A stretch of DNA of 64,000 nucleotides from Candidatus Poribacteria bacterium (GCA_965208675.1 OZ242351.1:4032001-4096000); one strand, 5' to 3'. Shown: positions 38,912-49,691, counted from the stretch's first letter. Notes: generated from the letters alone by a model not told the origin. Numbers and translations: made by a program.

Positions 38912-40036
38912 TCACCGCAGGTACATCAGTTTGTCAATTGCCTTCAACCCTGTACCTGTGAGAATTGATACCGTTAGGTCACCTTCGCTGATAATTCCAC
39001 CCGCCGCAAATTTGTTGAATGCTCCGACGACGACGGCCGAAGTAGGTTCAACGAGGATGCCATATGCTGCAAGGACTTTAATTCCATCAACTAACTCTTC
39101 GTCGTCGACAATCGTAAATGCGCCATTTGTCTCACTGATTGCCTTCAAAATCCTTTGTGTTCGAATTGGCAACTCTGATGTAATGCCTTCGGCTAGTGTC
39201 TCTTGTGTCTGCGGAAACCGCTCAATTTGATTCTTATTTTCAGCATAAGCTTTGTAAATCGGATGGCAGGCAGCAGATTGTACGCCGAGCAAACTTGGTA
39301 ATCTGGGGATGATTTTCTGATCGTATAGCTCTCGGAACCCAATGTACAAGCCCAAGTAAATGCTTCCATATCCCACCGGACAAATGACCTGGTTGGGCGC
39401 TTTCCAACCAAGTTGTTCGACGATCTCAAAAGCAACCGTCTTTGTCCCTTCTAGGAAGAAGGGATTCCAGTTATGCGAAGCATAGTAAGTTGTTTCTGCG
39501 GTTCGAAGCACAGCTTTCGTTGTTGCCGATCGGTTTCCTTCAATCAGTTTCAACTTTGCACCGTACAGTGCAATTTGTGATAGCTTTCCTATTGATGTCG
39601 ACGCGGGGCAGTGGATGGTACAGTCGATTCCGGCGCGCGCACTGTATGCGGCTATCGCAGCGCCGGCGTTACCCGAAGAATCCTCGACGATTTTTCCTAT
39701 GCCGAGTTCTCTGATTTTAGACAATAGGACCGACGCTCCTCTATCTTTGTATGAACCCGTCGGAGAAACGAAGTCCAATTTTAGGTGATGGTTATAGGGG
39801 GATTGATTTAACGCTACAAGTGGCGTCATTCCTTCCCCGAATGAGACGACCGATGAATCATCAATGATTGGAATCGCCTCACGATAACGCCAGAGCGTGT
39901 TGTCACGCTGGGAAATTTTGTTGATTGGGAATGAAACTGCACTATTTCTTAGTTCAAGCGGTTGCCCGCAATCGCATCTGTACAGAATAGCGTCAATTGG
40001 ATATGTTTTACCGCATCGGTTGCAGAGGTATTCCAT
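38912..40036 (-). CDS. thrC: threonine synthase-like PLP enzyme
   Basis: GEGMTPL, PTGSYKDRG, DSSGNAG, EGTKT, LTGTGLK. Confidence 0.85.
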   Translation of the reverse strand: MEYLCNRCGKTYPIDAILYRCDCGQPLELRNSAVSFPINKISQRDNTLWRYREAIPIIDDSSVVSFGEGMTPLVALNQSPYNHHLKLDFVSPTGSYKDRGASVLLSKIRELGIGKIVEDSSGNAGAAIAAYSARAGIDCTIHCPASTSIGKLSQIALYGAKLKLIEGNRSATTKAVLRTAETTYYASHNWNPFFLEGTKTVAFEIVEQLGWKAPNQVICPVGYGSIYLGLYIGFRELYDQKIIPRLPSLLGVQSAACHPIYKAYAENKNQIERFPQTQETLAEGITSELPIRTQRILKAISETNGAFTIVDDEELVDGIKVLAAYGILVEPTSAVVVGAFNKFAAGGIISEGDLTVSILTGTGLKAIDKLMYLR

Positions 40037-40094
40037 CGCAGGTTCAAATTTAGACTATTGGCTGTCCGCATTGTGCTCGCGTAGCTGCGGTGCA

Positions 40095-41213
40095 TTAAGC
40101 ATCACGCTTTTCGTTCTGAATTTGTTGTGCAGCCTCTAACAACGCGGCAGCTAGAAACTGGGGATTAACCTCATCCTTTCCGCGGAATGTCCTTACTTTC
40201 TCGCCGCGCACCTTAAGTACTGCGAGTTCTTTACCGCCTAAGTGAATTCCAGCTTCTGCATTACGCGTCTCTCCGGGGCCATTGACTTCACATCCCATGA
40301 CCGCAACCGGAATCTTGATCCCGTGAGTTTCTAATAACGCCTCTGCAGCAGCGACTATCCCTTCATAATCCGCGAGTGGATCGCCTCTTCCACAAAACGG
40401 GCACGAAACAACATCCAAAATATTATCCGCTAATCCCAATGTGCGAAGTAACTCCTTCGCCGTTAGAACTTCTTCGACGGGGTCGCCCGTTATCGAAATT
40501 CGAATTGTATCGCCAATACCCTCCAATAACAGCGTGCCGATGCCGAGCGTGGATTTGACATGTGCGCGGCGAGGCGTTCCAGCTTCTGTCACACCGAGAT
40601 GCAGTGGATACTCCACCCTTCCGGAGAGCAGCCGGTTCGCCTTTATCATTCTTCGTGGATCACTCGATTTAACGGAAATAGCGATATTCGTAAAACCGTG
40701 GTCTTCGCAAATTTTAACGTGCCGCATCGCGCTTTCGACAAGTGCTTCTGCTGTAGGCGAGGGATATTTGTCAAGCAGGTCTTTTTCCAACGATCCTTCG
40801 TTGACTCCAATGCGGATTGGGATATGCGCGGCATTCGCTGCTGAGAGCACTTGGGCGATTCGCGTTTCATTTCCGATGTTCCCAGGATTTATTCGAACTT
40901 TGGCAACATTCGCGTCAACAGCCGCGAGGGCGTACCTATAGTTGAAGTGAATATCTGCAACAATCGGTACAGAAGCGCGTTTGACGATTGTGGAGAGTGC
41001 GTTGGCATCTCTCTCTTCAGGAATCGCGACTCGCACAATTTGCGCCCCGGCTTCCACACACCGTTCGACTTGGCGTGAGGTAGCGTCTCTGTCATACGTC
41101 AGGGTAGTCGTCATCGTTTGTATCGAAATCGGATTCCCGTTACCGATTAATACGTCCCCAACATGTACTTGCCGCGTGGGTTTTCGATTGCCAATTGGTG
41201 ATAAATCTTCCAT
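40095..41213 (-). CDS. ispG: HMBPP synthase IspG
   Basis: VADIHF, RINPGNIG, LHLGVTEAG, SCPFCGR, VMGCEVNGPGE. Confidence 0.96.
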   Translation of the reverse strand: MEDLSPIGNRKPTRQVHVGDVLIGNGNPISIQTMTTTLTYDRDATSRQVERCVEAGAQIVRVAIPEERDANALSTIVKRASVPIVADIHFNYRYALAAVDANVAKVRINPGNIGNETRIAQVLSAANAAHIPIRIGVNEGSLEKDLLDKYPSPTAEALVESAMRHVKICEDHGFTNIAISVKSSDPRRMIKANRLLSGRVEYPLHLGVTEAGTPRRAHVKSTLGIGTLLLEGIGDTIRISITGDPVEEVLTAKELLRTLGLADNILDVVSCPFCGRGDPLADYEGIVAAAEALLETHGIKIPVAVMGCEVNGPGETRNAEAGIHLGGKELAVLKVRGEKVRTFRGKDEVNPQFLAAALLEAAQQIQNEKRDA

Positions 41214-41371
41214 AGGTTTTTTGGCTTTTAAAATCCTTTTAGACTGAAAGATTTTGTCTCTTGCAAAACATCCCTAACCGCTAAATTAAATATAGGCAAA
41301 ATCGCTATTGTTTCGAATCAGGTGAAATTCCAGTACACTTTAAAGGCTCAATTCGTTCTAGGATAATGCGT

Positions 41372-42337
41372 TCATACGGATATCGGAATACCTTCTTGTG
41401 CCGACTGGTTTGCAGCGAGCGAAATTGCAAGGCTTTTGACAGCGTCACTATATGAGCTGAGAATTTGAGATCCATCGCATCGGAAAACAGCATCAACAAA
41501 CACTTCATCAATCCTTGGTCCAGGTGCTTGTTTGGTGACGCTTTGCCCATTTTCCTTCACCTGCACGCTGTCGGCATCCCAATGGACAATCCGGTCGTCA
41601 TACAGTATGTCTAGCACGTTGGCGTGTGACCAGTCGTTCGGATCATACGACCAAGAAGCCGTCAGCGATCCAATGGCGCCATTTTTGAAATTTAATATCA
41701 CACAATTGTTGTCGGGGCAATCTATATCCTTCAAAATGCGATTTGTCTGCACGGCATAGACTTCGTCCACTTCTCCGGCTAGATAGCGCATCATATCAAT
41801 TGTATGTGTTGTTTGCTCGACCAACTGTCCACCCGAACGACTCATCTGATGAAGCCAACTGCCTGGGGCACCGCGTCCGGTGCCGCTCCAGTATTTTCCA
41901 ACGACCATATTTACAATTTTGCCATCAAGTATATGACGCGCCAGCTGTGTCGATCCCAGGTACCTCAATTGATAGCCAACGCAGGAAATTACTCCGGCAG
42001 CAACTACTGCCTCCTCAATCTGTTTCGCAATCTCCATGTTGATTGCAACAGGTTTTTCGACAAAAAACGGAAGTTTGCGTTCGATGATATCTAGCTCAGG
42101 CTGACCATGCGCAAACACGGGTAGACTCACATAAACAGCATCAAGAGTTTCGCTTTCTAGCATTGTTATATGGTCGGTATAAGGATTCGCGTTATAGCTC
42201 GCAGCAGAACTGACAGCACGAGCTGTCTCAATGTCGCAGGTTGCAACAATCCGGACATTCTCCATGTTGGACAACTGTTGCAGGTGTCCATTCGCATTAC
42301 CGCCGCAACCGATAAAGCCAATTTTAACTTTTTCCAC
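41372..42337 (-). CDS. Gfo/Idh/MocA family oxidoreductase
   Basis: KIGFIGCGG, FVEKP, SGGQLVEQTTHTID; GTG start chosen. Confidence 0.92.
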   Translation of the reverse strand: MEKVKIGFIGCGGNANGHLQQLSNMENVRIVATCDIETARAVSSAASYNANPYTDHITMLESETLDAVYVSLPVFAHGQPELDIIERKLPFFVEKPVAINMEIAKQIEEAVVAAGVISCVGYQLRYLGSTQLARHILDGKIVNMVVGKYWSGTGRGAPGSWLHQMSRSGGQLVEQTTHTIDMMRYLAGEVDEVYAVQTNRILKDIDCPDNNCVILNFKNGAIGSLTASWSYDPNDWSHANVLDILYDDRIVHWDADSVQVKENGQSVTKQAPGPRIDEVFVDAVFRCDGSQILSSYSDAVKSLAISLAANQSAQEGIPISV

Positions 42338-42883
42338 TAATTTCCCCTTTGAAACGGTGTTAACCCATAGTTGTCCGGATTCGCCTATGCCTGCACAAAC
42401 AATCCTACACCACATCAGAAATTGTATCAAATTGTTACGCTGACCGTCAATGAGTTTATCCGCTCAGCCCATCAACAGATAAATTGGCATTGGGCAATAA
42501 ACCAAATCCCAAGCTGCAATCAATCCTACAATTTTAAACATGGTTGCGCCGATGGTCCGTGGTTAGGCCATAGACTAAAATACGTGGATTCCCCATATTT
42601 GCAGGAGGCGATTTGCCCGAAAAGAGGTATTATTCCACACCCATTGCTTGTGATTGAAATTGATGAAGAATTTTCCATGCACTCAAGAAATTTAGCGCCG
42701 ACTTTGAGATTCACGTTGATAAAATTTCGTTGGCTTTTGTTCTGTAGATGTTGGCCAAGAAAGACTTAATGAATTTTATCACAGGGATTACTCTTCATTT
42801 GCATCTCCTTTTGCTGCTGTGGTACACTTTGTACGAGGGAGATGTTCACCTTTTAGTTAACAAATTGGCAAAAAGGAAAAAAT

Positions 42884-43957
42884 GTGGTTAAACAATCCAT
42901 TATATTATCAGCCACCGTGATAGTTTTACTGTTTCGTAATGTGTCAGCTTCGGAGAAAATCGGTGCGCCTGCTGCGGACAATGGATTCTCTCAAGATCAC
43001 ATCATCACAGTATTGCCCTTCGATGCAATCCCTGCAATTAAGGATCCACAGTTTGTCTCTGCACGTGAGGCAAAATTGCGAGACGATTCACCGATGATTG
43101 GAGTCAGTTTCAACGGTGAAAGCCATGCCTACTCTATCTACCTGCTTAATGGGCACGAAATTGTCAACGATGTTGTTGGCAGTGTGAAAATAGCGGCCAC
43201 TTGGTGACCACTCTGTCGAACGGCTATCGTGTATAGCCGCGAACTCGCCGGGAAAACGTATACGTTCGGAGTTTCAGGCAAACTGCTTTACGATGCACTG
43301 CTGATGTATGACCATCAAACGCGCTCCCTTTGGTCACATATCACGGGGAAAGCAGTAACAGGGCAACTCAAAGGAAAACAGTTAACAATGTTGGCTTCAA
43401 TACCGCATATCACTTGGAAAGAGTGGCGATTAAACTATCCCAACACAAAGGTACTCTCTGTTCAGTTCGATTCCCGTCGTCCGGATCGGAAAATCGAGGA
43501 GCCGATGTTCGATAGTTATGCAAATTATCGTGTTGGCCCCAATGCAGGAATAAGTTCTACACAATATAACGATAACCGTTTACCGAATAAAGCGGTCGTT
43601 ATCGGTGTGCGAGTCAATGCACGTTACAGTGCCTATCCTCTTACCGCGTTTAAGAGGAGGTCCTTTATAAACGATGTCATTGGCGGTGTACCGGTCTTAG
43701 CATTTCACGACAATGTGTCCGAGGCGACCGCCGTGTACATGCGTACACTGGAGGGGAAGATTCTCACTTTTGAGCCGCGTGGCGGACATGTTGCCACAGA
43801 TACCGCGACTGGAACGCGCTGGAATTTGGTCACCGGCAAGGCGACCGAAGGAAAACTCAAGGGTAAAACTCTTGACCAGATTCCGGCGATGAATATCTAT
43901 TGGTTTGCATGGGCACGTTACCATCCTGAAACAACCGTCTATCAATTGTCGGATTAG
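42884..43957 (+). CDS. exported DUF3179-domain selenoprotein (UxxC), 357 aa with TGA readthrough
   Basis: 42884-43207 and 43229-43957 are in the same frame; DAIPAIKDP, HEIVND, TW-U-PLCRTAIVY, FGVSGKL, MYDHQTRSLWS, YWFAW. Confidence 0.9.
43221..43239 (+). other. candidate bacterial SECIS element
   Basis: perfect stem CGGCTAT-CGTGT-ATAGCCG, loop starts 20 nt after TGA, G in second loop position. Confidence 0.6.
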
Positions 43958-44299
43958 TGTGCTGTACGAATAATCAAGAGTTTAGAATGTTTGGATGGAT
44001 TTGCCAACTCCGCCGAAATGATTCGAGAAAACACCAGTGTAAATTAAAAATCTGAAGGGTATTTGTTGAAAATGTTGAAACGAGGAATCGATATTGGACC
44101 TCTCTGGCGTAAGCAGCATCAAGGGGAGAAAACGAGAAAACAAAATCCCGCCATCCCACCGCCTCGTATGCTTTTCCTCCTGATTACCTGTTGCATGCCC
44201 ATCACGGAAACCTCTGATGCGGAAATTTTTCTGACACGAGTGGATTGAAAAATTTTTATTTCAATCTGCGGCACCCCCTCCCGGCGCTAACCCATCGGT

Positions 44300-44731
44300 A
44301 CAGTTATGGAGAGAATTACCTACCTCGGCGATGCTAGAATGATGAAGGAATTTCGATTGTTCTCACGGTTTACGGCGATGAATTACATCGCTAGACAGGT
44401 AGGTTGATATCGTCAGCTTTCATTGGCACTGGCGTGGTAATTTTCCGAGTGAAGGAAATTGTTCGCCGTAAACGCCCACTAGATAATTGACTTGGCAATC
44501 CTGCCTTTGCATCGGCGCATAAGGCTTATGCATTTGCGGCGGCAACTGTTCGGAGCGATCGATATCCTAAACCCAAATTCCATTCTACATTGGTGCTGGA
44601 TTGGCAGGCCTTTCTCGCATTCATTTGGGAGTCATTATGCTTCGGATGTTTTTGGCGGTGCAGCCGTTGGGATAGTTGCGGGCGTGTGCATCATGCATCA
44701 TCGGGCGACTTTGTTAACGTGGGAGTTTTAA
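44300..44731 (+). pseudogene. degraded PAP2-family phosphatase
   Basis: ERITYLGD, KEIVRRKRP, stop, PAFASAH, GLSRIHLGV/HYASDVFGG pieces spread over different frames. Confidence 0.7.
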
Positions 44732-44757
44732 CCCAAAGCAGGTTTGTTGCCTTTCAA

Positions 44758-44786
44758 TTGACAACTGGCGGCAATTGTGTTAGATT
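44758..44786 (+). promoter_or_regulatory. sigma70-type promoter upstream of ECF sigma
   Basis: TTGACA-17 bp-TAGATT with extended TG. Confidence 0.55.
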
Positions 44787-44835
44787 GACCTCGCAAAGAT
44801 GAGGAGCATTATCATTAAAGACAGAACGAAAAGTC

Positions 44836-44864
44836 GTAAACCTCTACAAGTTGTAACACGTTTA
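44836..44864 (+). promoter_or_regulatory. possible ECF autoregulatory promoter
   Basis: GTAAAC-17 bp-CGTTTA, matching the general ECF AAC/CGT pattern. Confidence 0.35.
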
Positions 44865-44935
44865 GAGAAAATGCCCTTTTCCTAATTGCTTTCCTAACGG
44901 TATTTTCAATTTTTTGGCAAAATGATAAACGCCTT

Positions 44936-45517
44936 ATGGACACAATGGTTGAAGATGAAATATTGGTTGCACACTTTCAAGCTGGTGGGCAAGACGCATT
45001 CGATGAACTAATGAAGCGGTACAAGCACAAAATCTTCTCCTATCTACTCAGGTCTGTCAAGAATTTTGAAGATGCTGAAGAATTGACCATAGAGGTGTTT
45101 GTCAAGGTTTACCGTGCGCTTGACGACTGGCGGCCTCAAGCGCGCTTTTCTACTTGGCTTTATCGAATCGCCTATAACCAGTCAATCGATCATCACCGCT
45201 CAAAATCACGACGAATGACATACTCACTTGATGACGAAGAACTGCCGCTTGACGAGCCAGTGGCGAATGATTTGAGAAGCAATCCCGAATGGCAAGTTGA
45301 AGAAAAAGATCGGCATCGAATTATTCGTGACGCGGTAGATCAACTTTCGCCAAACCAGAAAGCGGTCTTTATGCTGAATCGATATGACGGTTTGCAACTC
45401 AACGAAATTGCGGAAGTGCTTGGAATAGCGGAAGGCACGGTAAAAATCCACCTCCATCGGGCGATGAAAAAGCTAAAAACCGCGCTAGAACCGTTGTGGG
45501 AAAAGAATGAAATTTAA
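44936..45517 (+). CDS. ECF RNA polymerase sigma factor
   Basis: AFDELMKRY, FSTWLYRIAYN, EIAEVLGIAEGTVKIHLHRA. Confidence 0.94.
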   Translation: MDTMVEDEILVAHFQAGGQDAFDELMKRYKHKIFSYLLRSVKNFEDAEELTIEVFVKVYRALDDWRPQARFSTWLYRIAYNQSIDHHRSKSRRMTYSLDDEELPLDEPVANDLRSNPEWQVEEKDRHRIIRDAVDQLSPNQKAVFMLNRYDGLQLNEIAEVLGIAEGTVKIHLHRAMKKLKTALEPLWEKNEI

Positions 45518-45534
45518 TCTAAGGAGCTTGTTTA

Positions 45535-46155
45535 ATGACAACGTGTAAACAACTGAAGGAATTACACACCGACTATGTTTGTGACCTCCTCGACGATGAA
45601 CGAATGAATCTCATGGAGGAACATCTTCAGCATTGCCCTTCGTGCGGACACGCGGTCGACGCATTGAAAAATGTTCTGTGTTTGACTGGTGAAGCAGGTA
45701 CGATATCAATTCCGGAGCCTATCCTCAATAATCTTGAGGTAAAGGTATACAAACGGCTTGTGGTAGAATCATCGCAATCCACACCGGTATCTTTCTTTTC
45801 GCGGATCTTCGGCGTAATTCGTTCTACTTGGAATTGGCGAATCGCGGCCGCCTGCTGTATACTGATTTTAAGTGTCCCTGTCGCTAGCATAATCTATTAC
45901 CAAAGTCGATCGGTGGTTGCGCCCCTAAGTTCAAATGACATTCAATCCCCGCAAGAACGGGTCGAACAATATAAACAACAACAGCGTCAAGCTGACTTGA
46001 ATAATGCGCTGGAGACCGTGTATCTGAGAGACGACGATTGGGCTTCGGTAGGAGCGTTTCAAAAAATGAAAGAACAGGCGAAGGGCATTCTTTGGGAATC
46101 GTTCTCGGACGAACGACGTCATCCTAGAGGCCTAACGCCAAACGACGGCATTTAG
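45535..46155 (+). CDS. zf-HC2 anti-sigma factor
   Basis: EEHLQHCPSC ZAS motif plus a single TM helix; follows ECF sigma. Confidence 0.88.
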   Translation: MTTCKQLKELHTDYVCDLLDDERMNLMEEHLQHCPSCGHAVDALKNVLCLTGEAGTISIPEPILNNLEVKVYKRLVVESSQSTPVSFFSRIFGVIRSTWNWRIAAACCILILSVPVASIIYYQSRSVVAPLSSNDIQSPQERVEQYKQQQRQADLNNALETVYLRDDDWASVGAFQKMKEQAKGILWESFSDERRHPRGLTPNDGI

Positions 46156-46183
46156 TAGGTAGATCTGGTGTTACTTACCTCTT

Positions 46184-48307
46184 TTGACGGTGCGTAAGTG
46201 GGCATCAGAATTTCGACATTTTCGTCTGTGCCCCTATCGGCTGCAATCAAACTACCGGGCATTATCAATGATTTTCTCAACCAAAATGGAATTGAGCGGA
46301 ATGAGTGGCACCGCAAATAAAGTGGGTCGCCGCGTTTTGAATTTCACGCACTATGCCTTACGCCTGAAGTTGCTGGTTTGCGCCGTTTTGGCGAGCATTA
46401 TCGTCCTGAGGCCGACTCAATCACACGCCAATACAATCGCTTCGCTAATTGAAGCGAAGGAATACGATGAAGCCGCTGCAGCGCTTCAAAATATCGCCGA
46501 ATCCACGAAAAACGTTGAAAAACTTGGCGACATTTTCTATCGATTGGGTGAGATTTATTACACTTATACTCATGAATATTTGAAAGCGCTAGAGGCTTAC
46601 GACAGGGTTGTTCAACTCAGCGAAAAAGGGCTGGACGATCAGTTGCTTAGCTACATTAAGAAAGGGGATGTGTATTGTCGCTTGGGTGAATACGAGGACG
46701 CAATTTCGACATATCAGATTGTTGTCAATCAATCAATGCCGAACAATTTTGCCCATCAAACCGCTTTACAGAAGATAAGAAACATTCGGTCGGCGCGTGA
46801 GGACTTACAAAATCAACGTCGCGTAATCAGTGCTTATGAGGGAACGCCTCTGGCTGTCGAAGCTCGGTTTCAAATTGCGGAACTGTATCGCAACCTATAT
46901 CAACTGAACCAGCCGGAAAAAGCGATTTCCGAGTATGAAACCCTTCTTAAGCGGCATGGCGACACAAAACTTTCTCCTGAAGCACAGTGGCGTATTGGAA
47001 AATTGCTAAAAGATGTACTGAATCAACCGGAAAAAGCAATTGAGGCGTATAATAAAGTGGTTGAAAACTATCCATCAAGCAACTTTGCGGCGGATGCTCT
47101 CTTTCGGACCGCGTTAATCCATAATGAACAAAAGCAGTATGAACACGCCGTGCAGGTTTTTGCACAACTTGAGATGAGGTATCCCGATTTTTGGAATATG
47201 CATGCCGTCTACTATTGGATGGGGGTTGGTTATGAAAATTTACAAAATTACCATCGTTCAATTCATGCATATAGAACCTTTCTGCTCGCTTACTTGCCGA
47301 ATTTGGATGCTGCCCACTTTGGAGCTATTGGCAAATACAATCAAAACGCCTTGAAAATCGAAGCAGAATTGAATGCGAAGATCCGGCAACTCGAATCCGA
47401 CCTACCCAAAATCGAGTGGGCTAAGATTGAGAAGTATCTTTCGGAGGGGAACTACATAGCCGCACTGCGCTTGGTTCGACAATTAATCGCCTATGCACCC
47501 GATGCGGAATACTTACAACGTGCCCAGTCGAAACTCCGGTCGATTCAGAAACAAGCAGCCATCCAACAATTGCGGATGCGGATGCGGGAGAATCCTGCGT
47601 CAGATACAGTTGCTCAGACTCTATTTCGAATTGGCAAAATCCACGAACGTGGACTACAAAACTACGATAAGGCAATCATCGCATATCGTCAGTTAATTGA
47701 TGAACATCCCGACTCGCCTTGGGCTGCTGAAGCTATGTACCGAAGCGGTTTAATTTATGCCAATCAGCTTGACGACCTTCAGAATGCAATCGGACACTAC
47801 ACAACCTTGATTCGTCAATACCAGACTTCGACACATACGATTATGGCAAATTTTCAGCTTGGAAAAATCTATCATTCGCTCAACCAATACGATAAAGCTT
47901 TGAAAGCTTATCAGACAACCATCGCTTTCCCCGAGCAAGACCGGTACCTTGCCAATGGCTATAAAGATAGTTTTGCTGATAGTGCTCAGTTTCGAATTGG
48001 ACGAGTGCATTACGAAGATGGACGTTATGATGACGCTGTCTCAGCATTCAACGAATTTATTGCGAGCCGATTGCATTCCCCCCGCCGTGCGGCTGCATAC
48101 GTTTATCTCGCGCGTATCAGCGAAGATCGTGGATTGCCTGGCGAGGCATTTGAAACCTATAAACAAGCGAGGAGCCTGATAATCGAGAATACAATCCAGG
48201 CGAAAATGGTAATTGACGAAGCCAATAATCTTGGATTTCAGGGATCGGATACAAAGGCTGTCATCAAACGTCTTGACAATCTCAGTAATCGGTTGGGTAG
48301 AAAGTAG
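46184..48307 (+). CDS. large exported TPR protein
   Basis: many A(R/Q)F(Q/R)IG...A..Y...YP units; signal-like segment ending SHA; true start probably downstream of 46184. Confidence 0.85.
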   Translation: MTVRKWASEFRHFRLCPYRLQSNYRALSMIFSTKMELSGMSGTANKVGRRVLNFTHYALRLKLLVCAVLASIIVLRPTQSHANTIASLIEAKEYDEAAAALQNIAESTKNVEKLGDIFYRLGEIYYTYTHEYLKALEAYDRVVQLSEKGLDDQLLSYIKKGDVYCRLGEYEDAISTYQIVVNQSMPNNFAHQTALQKIRNIRSAREDLQNQRRVISAYEGTPLAVEARFQIAELYRNLYQLNQPEKAISEYETLLKRHGDTKLSPEAQWRIGKLLKDVLNQPEKAIEAYNKVVENYPSSNFAADALFRTALIHNEQKQYEHAVQVFAQLEMRYPDFWNMHAVYYWMGVGYENLQNYHRSIHAYRTFLLAYLPNLDAAHFGAIGKYNQNALKIEAELNAKIRQLESDLPKIEWAKIEKYLSEGNYIAALRLVRQLIAYAPDAEYLQRAQSKLRSIQKQAAIQQLRMRMRENPASDTVAQTLFRIGKIHERGLQNYDKAIIAYRQLIDEHPDSPWAAEAMYRSGLIYANQLDDLQNAIGHYTTLIRQYQTSTHTIMANFQLGKIYHSLNQYDKALKAYQTTIAFPEQDRYLANGYKDSFADSAQFRIGRVHYEDGRYDDAVSAFNEFIASRLHSPRRAAAYVYLARISEDRGLPGEAFETYKQARSLIIENTIQAKMVIDEANNLGFQGSDTKAVIKRLDNLSNRLGRK

Positions 48308-48354
48308 GCGAGTACAATAATTTATTGTGATTTTAGTTCATACGAGGAGGTACG

Positions 48355-48723
48355 ATGCCATTAACAGTTATTCGAACAGCACGCCCAAGTCCTGTTTGGC
48401 AGGAAACTTATGTTAATGTAGAAAAAGGACAGCGTTTAGTCATTGATGCCGAAGGCGCATGGTCGCCAGATTTACGGGATCGTATCGGCTGGTGTGGTGC
48501 GGATGGGGTTGCAAATACCATCGCAGGAGAAGACTATCTGTGTCCCGGTTCCAACGTTGGCGCATTGATTGCGAAGATTGGTGACGTTGTTTTTACCGTT
48601 GGTTCGCGCTACGATAATGCCGCTCCGGCTGAAGGAGTAATTTTTCTGGCGATGAACGAGAGTCCGTCCCATAACAACCAAGCAGGTACGCTGCTTGCGC
48701 AACTTATCGTTTTTGACGAGTAA
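48355..48723 (+). CDS. LecA/PA-IL-like lectin
   Basis: 122 aa; GALIAKIG and LAMNESPSHNNQAG resemble LecA GALVMKIG and LIYNDVPGTYGNNSG; GAGGAGG RBS. Confidence 0.65.
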   Translation: MPLTVIRTARPSPVWQETYVNVEKGQRLVIDAEGAWSPDLRDRIGWCGADGVANTIAGEDYLCPGSNVGALIAKIGDVVFTVGSRYDNAAPAEGVIFLAMNESPSHNNQAGTLLAQLIVFDE

Positions 48724-48863
48724 AAATAAACTGCATCCAAGATTCGTTGGCAACCCTTAATCATGTCACTAGCGAAATTTCGATAAAAACAATTTCTTTC
48801 TCGCATTCTTAATTTGATAGCCTTAAAACGCTCAATAGCTGATGTAGATTAGAGAAGCCGCCG

Positions 48864-49691
48864 ATGCCTTTTTTCGATCACGATGGTCTGAATTTTAATT
48901 ACCGTGACATAGGCGAAGGGGTACCCTTCTTTTTCCAGCATGGACTCGGTGGTGATGTCAACCAACCTACTGGACTTTTCAAACCCCGTACAGGAGTCCG
49001 ATTGCTGTCTTTCGACTGTCGCGGACACGGAGAAACGCGTCCACTTGGCGCTGTGGAGAAAATCGGAATAGCTGTTTTTGCTGATGATTTAGCTGCACTC
49101 ATGGATAGTCTGAGCATATCTCGTGCTGTAATTGGCGGCATCTCGATGGGAGCTGCAGTCGCGCTCAACTTCACGCTATGGTATTCGAAGCGTGTGCTTG
49201 GCCTAATCCTATCTCGTCCGGCCTGGCTGATTGGTCCCATGCAGCGAAATGCAGAAATCTATTCGCATATCGCACAGTTGATTCGCCAACACGGCCAGGA
49301 GCGTGGTTTGGAACTCTTCAAGAAATCTGAATACTACATTGAAACACTGCGCGAATCGCCAGCCGCCGCCAATTCGCTGATAGGGCAGTTTGAAACATTA
49401 CGCGCGTCGGAAACTGTGGCGAGGCTTGAACGCATTTCAAGCGACGCACCGGTTTATGACCAGCGGGAATTAGCAGCTATCGCGGTTCCTACGCTGGTGC
49501 TCGCCAACCGACGGGATCCTATCCATCCCTTCGACTATGGTGAGGTTTTGGCGCGAGAGATTCCGAAAGCGGAGTTCAAGGAATTAACGTCGAAATCTGT
49601 AAGCCAGGAACGACACGAAGCAGAAATCCAGACATTTATAGAGTCGTTTTTGTGCGACCACTTTTGCCACGCAAGGAGCGCAACATGCTAA
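48864..49691 (+). CDS. alpha/beta hydrolase
   Basis: QHGLGG, DCRGHG, GISMG, DPIHP. Confidence 0.9.
   Translation: MPFFDHDGLNFNYRDIGEGVPFFFQHGLGGDVNQPTGLFKPRTGVRLLSFDCRGHGETRPLGAVEKIGIAVFADDLAALMDSLSISRAVIGGISMGAAVALNFTLWYSKRVLGLILSRPAWLIGPMQRNAEIYSHIAQLIRQHGQERGLELFKKSEYYIETLRESPAAANSLIGQFETLRASETVARLERISSDAPVYDQRELAAIAVPTLVLANRRDPIHPFDYGEVLAREIPKAEFKELTSKSVSQERHEAEIQTFIESFLCDHFCHARSATC

Noticed and set aside
42371-42769. 132-aa ORF between the oxidoreductase and DUF3179 genes
   Set aside because: No recognisable motif or RBS, and it overlaps the upstream region of the oxidoreductase
44488-44490. In-frame TGA in the PAP2-like region as a third Sec codon
   Set aside because: Not at a Cys motif and accompanied by frameshifts; pseudogene stop
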